From Thunnus thynnus (lineage: Eukaryota): 64,000 bases of DNA. Of the stretch, positions 1-12,889 are shown one piece after another. The notes beneath the pieces were generated by a model that saw nothing but the letters and a program-made list of their open reading frames with translations, was not told the origin of the DNA and did no database searches. Positions within the stretch are counted from its first letter, which is position 1. Each line of letters starts with the position of its first letter. The translations under genes were made by a program, and so were the position numbers. The DNA lies in NCBI RefSeq assembly GCF_963924715.1, contig NC_089527.1, forward strand, positions 28,186,551-28,250,550. The letters run 5' to 3'.

Positions 1-119
1 AAAATGTTATAAAATGCTGCTTATTGACCATAGATAACAGCCCACAACGTAAGCGTAATTACTCTGGAATTATGGTGTAATCTTTTATATTAATGGTGTA
101 CCACCTAGATAGTATACGG

Positions 120-500
120 AAGTGGGCCACTTCAGGCAATGATGTGACACTGCTGACCTTCTTCTGGCCCGGACAAAATGGATGTGAGCCTGAAATGGCC
201 CGAATGTAAAATAGCAAATATGGCCCAAATATCCCAAATCAAATGTGGGCCTTTTTTGGTAAAGATGCAATGTTCTCAGGTATGTGTCTTCTGGATGTGG
301 GCCAGTTCTGGTTCATCTGGTGTGTTCTCAGTTGACATACGGCTTGCTTGTGGCCCAGATCTGGGAAACTGGAGCGGACCGCCCAAGTGCCATCATTCCA
401 CGCGGTATGTGGACCAGATGAAAGTGCCGAAAGTGTCGAGTGTGGGTCAGATCTGGGCCACAGCAATTTTGCTATCTGAGCAGTACAGTACATACCAATA
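120..500. repeat. Degenerate tandem array of ~30-bp units, each carrying a TGGGCC/GGCCCA core
   Basis: Repeated words such as 'tgggccacttcagg', 'tggcccggacaaaatgg', 'tggcccgaatgtaaaa', 'tggcccaaatatccc', 'gtgggccagttctgg', 'tgtggcccagatctggg', 'gggtcagatctgggccac' visible by eye. The overlapping ORFs on both strands (178..507 +, 239..493 -) are consistent with repeat-driven ORFs rather than a gene. Confidence 0.35.
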
Positions 501-3426
501 CAGGTAGGTTGATGTTTGGGTGGAATTTGGAGAGAATTTATACTGTAGTTATTATTTAACTATGGGGTACCTGTATTCTTTTTATATCTGTTCTGTGATA
601 GTTCATTTGTGAGGTAGTGTTAGCCATTATTCTAGCTGTCTGAGTGCATTGCATTGCATTGCTAATTCAACATTCAATAATAAATTACTGTTGGGCTATT
701 GTTGTGTATTGCATTTTTTCAACTTTTATTCCTTGGGGACTCTATATACAAGACTACGAGATTAATTACTTAGTAATACTTTGAATAGAGAACTAAATGT
801 TGATCTTTTACGGCCGTCTTTGTTTCTTTCTGGCATGAAGATAGTAACTAATTTGATAGAATCCTTTGGTTTTACTCTCATTTATAGCATTTAAACTTTT
901 TTCTGATTTGTAATTACTATTGAATGCATTTGTTTTGTTTCGGGCAATATTGTTTTCACAGTTTCACAATTTCTTCCAAAACAAAATTACAATAGACAAC
1001 TCTTAAGCCCATATTCATAAGGTATTTTAAGGTCAAAGTTCCTAAACAAATCTGCAATTAGCAAATTAATAAAAGCAAATCATATGCAGTGAATATGGGG
1101 CTTTGGGTTGCCCTGGGTTAGTTAATAATTCAGCCTTGCTTCTAGTGTAACTTCTACTACCACTACTACACCCATTCCTGCTACTATCTCAATGAAACCA
1201 ACAGCTCTCAGCAGAAAACCACAACGTTTTTCAGTGTTGTTTCTCATGCTGCATTTTTATCTTTTTTGTTTGCTCTGAATGTGAGCTCTTAGAGACCTGG
1301 GTGTCTTATTAGGATAACACTAAGTCAACAGAACTTGTAGCTTGTGAGGAAGCTTTGGGAACAAAGATAAGGACCCCTGTAACAGGATGCTTTCTCAAGC
1401 AAAGCTCAGGTGTTAATGAGATTTCAGGCTACAATTTTGGACTGTGTTGCAGCATACAAGACACTGAATCACTGAGCTATACTTAGTGTGCTTAGAAGTT
1501 AAAATAGGGGAAGGAACATGATGGTGAACATTCACATTGCAACAGAAAAAACTCTTATTCAAAGAGCCCTATATCTTTTGAACATTCAGCATTTAATTTG
1601 TTGGCTGAGGAACAAAATTTTAGGATGAAGTTATTAAAAAAATCACAGAATCACCCATCATAGAGACCTCTGCCATAACACAAAGACTGCCAGATACTGG
1701 TAACAGACAACTAGATAAAAAAAGAACATAAAAAGTACAAAGTACAATCAATGTGCTACATGGAATATAATAATGGCTTATAAATTATTTTCTCCAGACT
1801 TGTGTTAGTTCTAGTGGCTCTGTAGCCATTCATTTGACAGCTTTTGTATTTTTGGATCATGTGTTCTCACATTCAGTTCTCCAGCTGAAAGAAAGTTGTT
1901 GACCTTCTAGCACATGAATGCGGACGCAAGTGCCTCCTACGCATCTTTTTGGCCTTGGATCATAAAGTATTCAATCTTTCATCTGAATTACGATCATGAG
2001 CTGAAAGTTTCTCTATAGTCAATTGAGAAAAAAAGTCTCACATAAGAAAGCTGAGAGATCATCCCCCTTGTGATTTAAATCACCTTGTGGATGTTTCACA
2101 ATTGCAAAATGTATCAATGATTTAGTCATTTATGACTCCTTTAACAGAGGAACAGAACTCCAACTCTTCAGCTTTTTAAATTTTACATACATTTGTTGTT
2201 TAATATTTTGATATTTATACTGAACGTATGTTTTTGGTTTACAGGAAAGAGACAAAACTTTTAAAGGCTCTGGTGTAGAGCTCTGCTGGGTGCAGGGAAA
2301 TGCCATTTTCTTTCTTTCTACTCCTATTGTAGCCCACTCAAACTATTTTCATCCTCTGATAACAGTCAGGCTGGTAAAATGTTTGGACAATTTGTCAGCT
2401 TGTTGTCATCTCAGGAACAGCTACTGACAGGAAAGCTGATTCCGTTAATTACTACTGTGAAAATTGACTTTTTCATCTCATCTGCGCATGGTGATGTGTT
2501 GTGAAATATTAGTGCAGATTTTGTATGAAAAAAGGATGTTACTGGGTCATTTTGACAAGGACTTAGTTATTGATTTAATTTACATATTATATGATAAAAT
2601 GATGAAAGTAGTGATGAAATTCAGGTTGAATTCCCATCTAAGTAGTTGTATGACAACCCAGTATGTATAGCTGGGGAGTTATACATAGACTGATGCACTG
2701 ACTTTCCTGATTTGACCACATTTAACATTATTTTCTGTGCTGATTTTGGTTGGAGGGTGTTTAATTGAAATACATTATTTGTATTTTAAGCGTTAATCCA
2801 CTGTTGCACAGTTGTCTGCATCAAGTATTTAGTTTGAAACACAGGCACCTGATACTGTATCAGTAGCCTATGTTACACTCACAAAAACAAAGGGATTTTA
2901 TGAGGATGACATATGAATGTTCTACTATATCATACGTCATCATTCTGTTTTAGCGACAGCTTAAATTTTTTAACTTTGAGCACAAAATTAAGTTAATTTG
3001 TCAAAAGATATTTGGCAAACAGTCTGACTAATCAACATTGCCAGGAAATGACTCAGAAAAATATGAAATATCTTGAAAATGCCAAAATGTACTGGAGGGG
3101 GGCTTTAAGGGTTAATTTTCAATTATCTGGTGGGACAAGCTTGCATCAACAGCAGTCATCTAGCAATAAGGCATTAAGTCAAAAGCATGGGCGATCTTTC
3201 TTTTCATTTTATTTTACAGACAAAGACTAAATGCAGCATAATATTAGGACATGTTTGATATGTTGCTAATTAACAGAAAAGTAATCACAAGTTCATATAA
3301 GTTCCAATAAGGATGTGTTGAAAGTTTGGCCAGTGTAGTAGCACATTAGCTTAATGTAGGTTGCTATGTGAATAAAATCACCTGAACATGTTTCAGCTTC
3401 TGTAAGAGACAAACCTACAAGTGTTA

Positions 3427-4057
3427 TACTGTACAGTGGAAACCACGTATCGTGATCACGGTTACAGTGATCAACCGCTTATATGGATCAAAAAGCTTTG
3501 GACAGAATGCTTCCTATACACATGCTGTTTAAATAATTTGCTTATAGTAATCAAATAGTCCGCTTACAGTGTTCATTTAGGGTCTTTTCATATGACAATA
3601 TGGGGGGAAAAAATTTAAACTGCGGTAATTCTATTTTTTTTACTTTACTCCCTTGATACACAAATGATATATACTTAGCGGCTGCTGCTTTTGCTTCTGT
3701 CTGGTTACCTGAGGCTGGTGCTGCGTGCACATTGCAATCATGATGGGAAAAAGTAAAAAAAAGTAATTTTCTCTCAATGAAAAATATAGTCTCCTCGAAG
3801 TTTATGACAAACTGCCAAAAACTAGCCAACGAGATGCAGCAGCGAAACAACAAGCGTTTGAAACAGCTGTACTGTATTTTAAAAGTCAATAAAGTTCAGT
3901 AAATAGCAGAGCTGTCCGTTTCATTATTTTATATTTATATAATAAATATACATGTCAATTAGATGGTAATCTGCATGAGAAATAAATAAAAAGATTAAAA
4001 AAATCGGTTATAAAAATCCTCCGCTTATAGTGATCACGCTAAGCTGTTTCCACTGTA
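3427..4057. mobile_element. Non-autonomous DNA transposon (MITE-like, ~630 bp) with 12-14 bp terminal inverted repeats
   Basis: Left end 'tactgtacagtggaaacc' (3427-3444) is the reverse complement of right end 'gtttccactgta' (4046-4057). Internal subterminal direct repeats 'ccgcttatatggatca' / 'ccgcttacagtgttca' / 'ccgcttatagtgatca'. The internal 112-aa ORF (3551..3889 -) has no recognisable domain. Confidence 0.4.
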
Positions 4058-4294
4058 TTACATTGAATGTACCGAGACAGCACAAATTCTATTGGAGCAA
4101 ACATTAGCGTTAGCTTGTAAAAACTGCAGAGTAACGCTTTGCTCTTTTATCTGGGCACACAGCATTAGCCTGGACATGAGCATCCAGTAGCTAACAAATG
4201 ATTATCAAGCTAACATTCCAACAGCACCTTTCATTTGTGCAGTAAACGCTACATTTGACATGAGCCACAAACAAGACATTTTGTTGCCAATAAA

Positions 4295-5431
4295 TACAGT
4301 GCTACTTGAAAGTTTGTGAGCCCTTTAGAATTTGCTCTATTTCTGCATAAATATGACCTAAAACATGATCAGATTTCCATGCAACTCCTAAAACTAGATT
4401 AAGAGACATCAATTAAAGAAATGAGACAAAAACATTACACTTGTTTGTTTGTTTATTGAGGAAAATGATCCAATGTTACATATTTGTGTGTGGCAAAAGT
4501 ATGTGAACCGCTAAGATTATCAGTTCATTTGAAGGGGAAATTAGAGTTGGGTGTTTCAGTCAATGGGATGACAATCAAGTGTGAATCTGGGAGGCCCTGT
4601 CTTATTTAAAGAAGAGAAATCTGGGTCTTCACTATCAAAGACTGAGCTTCACAACACAGGTTTGTGTCATGGCTCAAACAAAGGTTATTTCTGAGGACCT
4701 TAGAAGAAGAATTGTTGATGCTCACCAGGCTGGAAGGGGTTACAAAACCATTTCTAAAGAGTTTGGATTCCACCAGTCGACTGTCAGGCAGATTGTGTAC
4801 AAACAGAAGACATCCAACACCATTGTTACCCTCCCCAGAAGTGGTCTAACAACAAAGATCATACTAAGAGCAGGCATGTAATAGTCCAGGAGGCCAGGGT
4901 AACATCTAGGAAACTAAAGTCCTCTATTGCAGTGGCTACAGTCAATGTTCATGAGTCCACCAGCAGGAGAACATTGAACATCAATGGTGTGCATGGCGGA
5001 GTTGCAAGGAGAAAGCCACTACTCTCCAACAAGAATATTGTTGCTGTCTTCAGTTTGCTCAAGACCCCATGGATAAGCCAGAAGGTGATTGGAAAAATGT
5101 CCTGTGGATAGATGAGACCATAATCGAACTTTTGGGCTTGAATGAGAAGCATTGCCAGAAACGTTTGGTTGAAGTTATTGCTGCAAAAGGGGGTCACACC
5201 AATTACTAAAAGCAAGGGTTCACATACTTTTGCCTCACACAAATATGTAAGATTGGATAATTTTCCTCAATAAATTAATGAATAAATTCAATGTTTCTGT
5301 CTGCTTTGTTTAATTCAGTTTCCTTTATCTAGTATTAGGACTTGTATAAAAAACTGATCATGTTTTAGGTCATATTTATGCAGAAATAGAGCAAATTCTG
5401 AAGGGTTCACAAACTTTCAAGCAGCACTGTA
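4295..5431 (+). mobile_element. Tc1/mariner-family (Tc1-like, long inverted-repeat type) DNA transposon, copy 1, internally deleted (~1.14 kb)
   Basis: Termini 'tacagtgctacttgaaagtttgtgagccc' (4295-) and its reverse complement 'gggttcacaaactttcaagcagcactgta' (-5431). The ~200-bp terminal regions are inverted copies of each other ('ctatttctgcataaatatgacctaaaacatgatc' vs 'gatcatgttttaggtcatatttatgcagaaatag'). Flanking TA. Internal ORF 4669..4881 encodes a Tc1 transposase N-terminus. Confidence 0.85.
4669..5210 (+). pseudogene. Tc1-like transposase remnant (N-terminal paired-like HTH region intact; DDE region truncated and frameshifted)
   Basis: ORF 'MAQTKVISEDLRRRIVDAHQAGRGYKTISKEFGFHQSTVRQIVYKQKTSNTIVTLPRSG' is a Tc1 transposase DNA-binding domain. 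Downstream frames (around 4880-5200) carry transposase-like fragments interrupted by stops. Confidence 0.8.
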
Positions 5432-7499
5432 TGTTTTGATTATTCCACACCGTAGCAGGGAACAGATTAGGTATGTTCCCTCATCTCACCAGCATACGCC
5501 TGAAGTGTGGGTGAGTGGAGAGCTTTTCTATATAGAAGACACTCCCTCGTCCCCTGCTGTGATCCATTATGGATGAAGCGTACCCATTCAAATCACGATG
5601 AACTTTGATGATGCTGATGTGAGAGGTGATAGGTCACAACTATAATATAAAAAAATAACAGTACTCTATTCTTGCATTATTATTGTCTTTATGGAATTGC
5701 TTTTATTGCTTTTCCTATGCAAATGTTGTCACTTATTTGATTTATACTTTGTAGTTTGCCTGTTTGTTGGTAATATGTTGATAACAAGATCATTTGTAAA
5801 TATAATCACAACAGATTTATTAAGTGCTACAGAAGTCATCATTCCATCTTCCCTGAAATATCAAAAATTTTGCTCAGTTTTATAGTCATACTGTACCCTG
5901 TAATAATAGACTACAGGAAATGCTTGAACAAGGATATATAGAGAGTAAATAACAGATGCTTGCAGTGGTGGAAAGTAAGTAAGTACTTTTAGTCAATTAC
6001 TGTACTTAAATACAATTTTGAGGCACTTGTATTTTGAGTATTCTATTTTATGATACTTTATACTTCCACTTCACTACATTTCAGAATGAAATATTATACT
6101 TTTTATCCACTATATTTATTTGACACCGTGCACATGTATTTGCAATCCATGCACTCAAAAAACTTTTGTCTTCAGTGAACAGGGACCTTCAGTCAATAAG
6201 AAAAAATGCTACAGTAAAAATGAATAAAATTCAAGATTATCATACCCTGTGGTGTCCCCTGTCATATTGGGGTACTGGTTTCTTGAGACTTTTTAATACT
6301 GAGCAGGTAGGATCACAGCAAACAGGCAGAAATAGCAATAAGAATGAAAATCAGTATACCATGAGTAAAGGCAATAAGAAAAAAATAGTACAGATAAAAG
6401 ATCAAAATTTAGGCCTGTTAATCAATTAACGACCATTTCATGCTATGATTCATTCTCATTTCATCCTGCCCTCTTTGATTTGTTTTTCAGTTCATGAATT
6501 AGCTTGACAATGACTGAACAACGCCATCTACAGGTATAATGCCACTTTTAAGGTGGACTGGAAAATTCCAATAAGAAGCTGTGAATAAGAAGCCAGGTTG
6601 AGTGTCATCCATGCATGAAGGTCCTTCTTCTCTGCGGGAAAAAGTAATTTCAGCGCACAGATTTGTAGTCATGGTTTACAAAATCTGTTGGCATGTATTA
6701 TGAATCAGAGAGCACAGTTTGCATGGATTTGTAAATCGAGAGTGCAGATTTTCACATGGATCTTTTTTCTTTTTCTCAGCTGACCCTGGGGGACTCCGTA
6801 GGTTTCCAACCTTTTTGGCTGTTGATGTCTTACAAAAAGCAGTGTTTAGTCAGGGTCACATTTCGGATGTCTATAAGTTGTTAACAGCTCCACCAAATAG
6901 TGATTTTCCCTCTAAACTTCTCACATGGTTTCAATAAATGTTCAAATCATCCAATATTTCACCAAAAATCAAAAATTAGAGAAAAAACCATTTTTTTGTC
7001 TCAGAAGTTTGTTTTTTTCCTCTTGAGCATTATTATAGAGGATATGAGTCAAATAAAATGTGACAATCCTTACAAACAGAAGTAATATTCACTTCAACAT
7101 GTTTCTGCACTGTGTCACCAACAATTCGTCATGCTGCATGGGTGAAAAGAATGTATCTAATTAAGCTTTTTTTTCTTTCTTTTTTTTTTACCAAATTATT
7201 CTTGTGTTTATCAAATCCAATTAAAACTGAAGAGCTGGTATTTCATTGTCATTGTACTTTCATCAACTTTATTTTTAGATTTACTATTCAATTATAATTT
7301 CACCAGTGCTCTTTTCTTTATGTTTTTCACAACACATACAAAATATTTCTGCACACCCCTGACAATTACCATACTGCACAAACAAGAACTTCCTGTAGTT
7401 CATTAACAGATTTCTACATGTAAAAACTTTTTTGCACAAATTGAAAATGTGAATAAAAACAGGTGTACGGAAATGTGCCTACTGTGTTTAAATTCATGC

Positions 7500-7880
7500 A
7501 TAGTTAGGTGGCGGTGCACTGTCTGTTTGAAGATCTCTCTACAGGTGGATTGACTGGGAGCAGGTGTCTAAGCAGGCTTAAAAGGAGGGCATGAACCAGA
7601 TAATGCATCATCAGTTGTGTGGGATGGACACTCAGGATGGCGACATAAGCGTGTAGTGGCTGTCCGATGCCTGGTCCCCAAGAATGCTGTATTTCCCTGT
7701 CGCTGCCTTCCTGATGAGCCACACACTGTAGCCATTGCTGCAATGGAGACAGCACACCACCCTGGTGCCTGCCCCCCCCGCCGCTGGTGCCCACCCAAGC
7801 CTTCATCCTTCCTGCTTCACAGATGGCTGCGTGTGCCCATACAGCCTTTGTTTTCCTCTGGTCCAAAGCCATTATGTTAA
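7500..7880. other. CpG- and GC-enriched block with long overlapping ORFs on both strands; unassigned (possible CpG island or GC-rich repeat fragment)
   Basis: Locally high GC with multiple CpGs ('gcgacataagcgtg', 'ccgatgcc', 'cccccccgccgctggtgcc') against an AT-rich background. ORFs 7504..7872(-), 7568..7798(-), 7617..7880(+), 7735..7986(+) all overlap, as expected for GC-rich non-coding DNA. Confidence 0.3.
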
Positions 7881-8994
7881 CCCTGAGAGGGAATCCTGGA
7901 CTTCATTCCCAACTCACTGTACTTTGCTTACTTTAATTTTTTGTGTGTGTATTTTATTAGTCAGAGTCAGATTAAGCTGTCTGTAGCTTTTACATCAAGG
8001 GTTGTCCATCCCAGGGTCTGATCCCAACAACAAAAAGCTTGCAGTGAAATACATTACATATGCAGTGTTTCTTGTGTTCATCTGAATTTACCTATAGGTG
8101 TGTAAGGTTAAATGTTGTCTGTGTTATTCAGTGTTGGTGTCTTTTTTTGCTGGAGTAAGATCATTCTACTGTAAAGCGCAGCTATTACACATGACTCAAC
8201 CTAATAATGTGAATTCATCATTTTTACGAAAAGGTTTTTGTAATAAGGTGACTTTTGTAAGTAACAATCATTGTGGTTACTGGGGGACAGATAACCAATA
8301 GTCCAAGATTATATGTGTGACATGTATAAAAAAGTGACATCTCTGTTCTGCTGAAATACTGGTCGTAGCCCTGCTGGCACCATGACCTCTAAAATGTAAA
8401 TTTGCCTGTTCTCTTAAATACACATGAGGTTTAGCCATTACTCCTGCTGACTGACACATTTATTTGAAATTCACCAACTTCATTTGGAAAAAGTCCTGCA
8501 TACATTCAACAGAGAGCCTCATAAAATGAGTAAAATGATGAGCAAAATGTTTCCAAAGGCCTCCAGATTAAGTAAACTTTCTAATGTGTTGACATTTTGC
8601 ACCATTTAAAAAAATGTAGCAACAGAAAAAACACATTTCAATGGAAATGTCAGGTACTGCAACAACGACAAGAGTAAAAGTTGTGATAAACCCCAAGAAT
8701 AATAAATGTACATCTATAATTAAGGACTTGGCAATAAAAGTACTCTTATTCTGAAATCAGTTTTTCAATTAACCATTAAAGGTGTAATATGTAATTATTC
8801 CACATTAAAATGTCTAAAAACAACTAGACCTATGTTATATGTCTGTCCGCTACAATGGCGTCTAACAAAGAGTAACTTACACACATACAAGATAATACAT
8901 CAGTGTTGTGGTTGTTCCACAGAAACTGTTATAAATTGACTTTTATTCAGTTTTAAGCCACAGTTTCAAGATAAATTTAGGTCGCTTTTAACTA

Positions 8995-9480
8995 TATCTT
9001 TTAGCCGGAAGAAGAATTTTAGTTATTGGATGTCTGGATCTTAAGTTATCAGAAAAATAAACTGGGCAAACGTTAGCAGCAGCTCGGCTAAAAGCCCCTC
9101 CAGGAAGTCCGGTGGTCACCAAACATCATCAGAGAAATATTGATTTTTTTAGGTGAAACAGCTTTAATCAGTATTTTTAACAATTTTAATCTGCGTATAC
9201 ATTTGTTTTTGCAGATGAGGAGACCTCTGCGGATAATTCGGCTTCCGGGAGAAACCGACCAAACGTCTGGATCTTACGTTATAAGAGAAATAAGCCAAAC
9301 AAGTGTTAGCAGCAGCTCGGCTAACAGCCCGCACCAGACGTCCAGTGGTCGCCGTACATTGTTGGAGAAACAATTTTTTAGGTTAAACTGCTTTATTCAG
9401 TGTTTTTACCTGTAATCTTCGGGTCCGTTTGTTCTGGAGAGGAAAAGACCTCTGCAGGTAATTCGGCTCCCAGTAAGAAC
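8995..9480. repeat. Tandem duplication, ~245-bp unit x ~2 copies
   Basis: Unit containing '...aacgttagcagcagctcggctaa(a/c)agccc...ccagtggtc(a/g)cc...tttttaggt(g/t)aaac(a/t)gctttaatcag...agacctctgc(g/a)g(a/g)taattcggct(t/c)cc' appears twice head-to-tail (about 8995-9240 and 9240-9480). Confidence 0.6.
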
Positions 9481-10299
9481 ATCCCGAATGATTAACACTG
9501 GAGTAATCCTATCCCAGTGAAGCTGGTTATTTAACCACGAAGACAACAACTCCCATGATCCCTTGCTACTTAACACCGTCATCACACTCCGTCTTTTGTT
9601 ATTGTTTTGATTGACAGACCCCCAGCGGCTGAAATTACATATTGTGCGTTTAAAGTCTAAAATGAGCCATGTTATATATTTTTTCTTAGTGTCAGCAAAT
9701 CCCATGAAATGATCAAAACCAATAATTAAAACTGTGATATATTTTTGCCATATCACCCACCACTATTTCACATTATAAATGATCATGTCATATTGTATTA
9801 TATTTGTATTGCATATTTATGACTGTGATGCATCTCTCTACTAAAGGAAGCCTGCATTACATGTTTTCACAAAATAGAAAGGACTCTATATATTCAATAT
9901 TTTACACATTTTAATCATTATTACAAAAACATTGACCATTGGACCAGTATCAAAAGTGCTATGTTAACAGCATTTTTAAAACAGATAATCTCTTGTTTAA
10001 TGTGTTAACATGTGATGTAGAATTCTAAAACTTATACAAACTTGGAATTCTTACATGACAGAGGCAGAGCAGGGGTTTTTGGCACAACTTCACCTACTTC
10101 CAAGGTGCATGGAGAAGGCCACAAGCTGAAATGTGTTGGTCTAACAATAAAGTCCATCTTTAGTTGGATCAGACTGAGTCAAGCACAGAATGATGAAGAA
10201 CTCACACTTTCCAATGCCACATCCCACCAATCCCCTGCCAACTCAATTTCCAGTTCTTCCTCCCATTTGGATTTTGATTTGGAGACTGTGTCACTGATC

Positions 10300-12480
10300 A
10301 AGGATATGGTGTTTTGATAACTTTCAGATATAAGCCCCCTCTGAGTAGGAGATAGTTTGAAAAGGGTCTCCCATTTGGATTCTTTAGGGGACCCAGGAAA
10401 GGATCAAACTTTGTTCGTACAAAGTGACGGATCTGAAGATTGCAGAACAAGTTTGAACATGGCAAATTAAATTTAGGACATAAAGAATCAAAGCTAGAAA
10501 AAATATCACCATCATATAGGTCTTTGAAATGACTGATACCCAATCTGTTCCAGAGAATAAAGGTCGAGTCCAAAATGGAGGTGTGTTATTGATAATGTTT
10601 CCTAGTGATTTCCTGGTCAAGTGTGAAAAAATATGACTTGGGTAGAAATAGAGGAAGGCACTCAAAGACATACAGAAATTTGGGTAAAATGTTCATCTTA
10701 ACACATTGCACTTTTCCTGGGATTGAAAGAGGTAGGCTGCTCCAATGCTGAAAGGCTGACTTCATGTTTACTATTAGTGGGGCAAGGCTGACCTCAAAAA
10801 GGGAGGGTAGTGTACAGGTAATCTTGATACCCAGATATTTAAAGCCTGTCTCAGACAAATGAAAAGGAACTGAGGATTGTTGAAAATGATGCAAAATCTA
10901 GATAGCTTCAATTGGGTGGACAGAAGACATCAGATTTGTTATATAGAGCAAGAAATCATCTGCATAAAGGGATATCTTATGTGCAACATCGTAGCCCGTG
11001 ATACCTTGAAAATGGGGTGAAGCCTTGAGTGCTATAGAGAGTGGACAATTGCCATGGTGAAGAGTAGCAGAGACAACCAGCATCCCTGGCATGTCCCCCT
11101 GGATGGTGGAAAATATGGAGAGTGTACAGAGTTGGAAGTGATACAGGCCAGGGGGGAGGAGTAGAGCAGCCTAGTCCATGAAATAAGTTATCACCAAATA
11201 CAAATTTCTGTAAGACTGTAAATAAATACTCCCATTGTACCCAGTCAAAGGCCTTCCCTACATCTTAGGAGACAATGATCTCAGGAGGGAGAGAAGAAAC
11301 AGAAGTATGCAATAACATCTAAGTGTTTGGATATTGGAAAATGAATGTCGACCCTTGATGAAGCCAGTCTGATCCTCAGAAATAATCTGAGGATAAGTGT
11401 CTTCGAGGCGTCTGGCTATCACCTTAGCAATAATTTTATATTCTGTGTTGCACATGGAGATTGGACGGTATGATCTGCATTCTGTGGGGTCCTTGTCCTG
11501 TTTAAGTAGTAGTGAGATGTTTGCTTGAGTGAGTGTGTGGGACAGAGAACCAATCTGTGGTATCAACCGAGAGGCTGCTTGGCACTGGAGCTGATGAGCT
11601 GATGTGCCAACTAGTAGTAGTCAACTATTCTTATCTCCATATTCATATGACAAACCACGGGAGTGTAAAAGCAAGCATTCCACACCATTAGTGGATAATC
11701 TCTTTTTATACAGCTCTGGAGAAGGGTCTGTAGCATATTGTGTGTCAAGCTTGAGAATAGAGTCAGTAAGATCTTGCACCCGTTTTTCCTTATCCCAATT
11801 ATTGTGAGATGTATAGGAAATAATTTTGGCACACAGAACGGCTTTTAGCATCTCCCAGAATAATGAATGATGGGCAAGAGTAGTCCAGAGCAGGGTTCAA
11901 AATGCAGTTTAAGTCTACCCCAAAAATATGATGATGCGTATTGAGATTTGGTAGAGAAGAGAAAAGCTTGTCCATAAAATTGACATTATCCCAGTTGGGA
12001 GTGTAGACATTTACTAAAAGAACTGGGGTCGGATATAAAGTACCTGTCACAATTAAATATCTGCTGTTTTGATCAGCAATAATATTTAAGGGTGTGAACT
12101 GGGTCTTTTTGTTCATCAATTTTGCTACCCCTCTGGCATTGAATTTAGAATGACACACCTGACTGATCCAGAGTTTGTGTAATCTAACCTGATCCACATC
12201 CAGATCCGTGGGTTTCCTGTAGGAACATGATGTCGGCCTTCACGCTTTTAGGATTATTAGAAATCCTGGAGAATTTAACTGGACTGTCCAAGGATTTAAC
12301 ATTCCACAAAATCAGTCTAACTGAGTGGCCCCTCATACAAGAGTAGAGTTACTGGATGTAGAGGTCACAATTTAGGTTGGAGTAGAGTAGGCTGGCATAG
12401 AGGCTGTGCGGGAGGTACTACCCAAGCCAACCTTCTGCATAGACCATTGTAAGGCTGTGTGGACTACGGTGGTGCACAAA
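10300..12480 (-). mobile_element. L1/Tx1-clade LINE (non-LTR retrotransposon), ORF2 region (endonuclease + reverse transcriptase), 5'-truncated, frameshifted
   Basis: Minus-strand ORFs carry an apurinic-like endonuclease region ('FLQETH' in the rc of 12240-12420; 'FGVDLNCILNPALD' in ORF 11799..12197). RT motifs 'YRPISMCNTEYKIIAKVIARRLEDTYPQIISEDQTGFIKGR' (11258..11566), 'YADDFLLY' (10898..11092) and 'FKYLGIKIT...LPLSIPGKVQCVKMNILPKFLYVF' (10586..10894). Confidence 0.75.
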
Positions 12481-12889
12481 CACAGTAGCCAGAGGTTAAG
12501 AATTTAAAAAAATGAACCTCAACAATAAAGAATGAATGAAAACACATTAAACACACACAATCCCATCCTAGTTTTCTCTTTCTCCCAAACAAAGAGAACC
12601 ATAGGTTTATGTTGAAAAAACCACCGGTACATCCACTATCTATCCTAATGTATAAATGATAGCCTATTCTATCCTCTGCTTCCTAATGTAGTGGGTGTAA
12701 CAGAGTAAACAATGATAACAGTGTTAGGACGAGTTATATGTGACACAACAGCAGTAGGGACACATAATTCAATCACTGCTACTGGCATTTGAGGGACCAA
12801 TAGGGAGATCAGAGTGTAGCAAATTTGAGAGAGAAATTTAAGAATCAGAAGCAAATCTACTAGATAACAGTGATCAGCAATTAGAGTAT

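Noticed and set aside
3551-3889. 112-aa ORF on the minus strand
   Set aside because: It lies entirely inside the 3427-4057 MITE, is low-complexity and Phe/Lys-rich, and has no domain.
10042-10317. 91-aa plus-strand ORF 'MEFLHDRGRAGVFGTTSPTSKVHGEGHK...'
   Set aside because: The 5' part ('ggcacaacttcacctacttccaaggtg') recurs at 52262-52290 next to L1 sequence. The 3' part overlaps the minus-strand L1 ORF2 C-terminus in reverse complement. It is repeat-derived.
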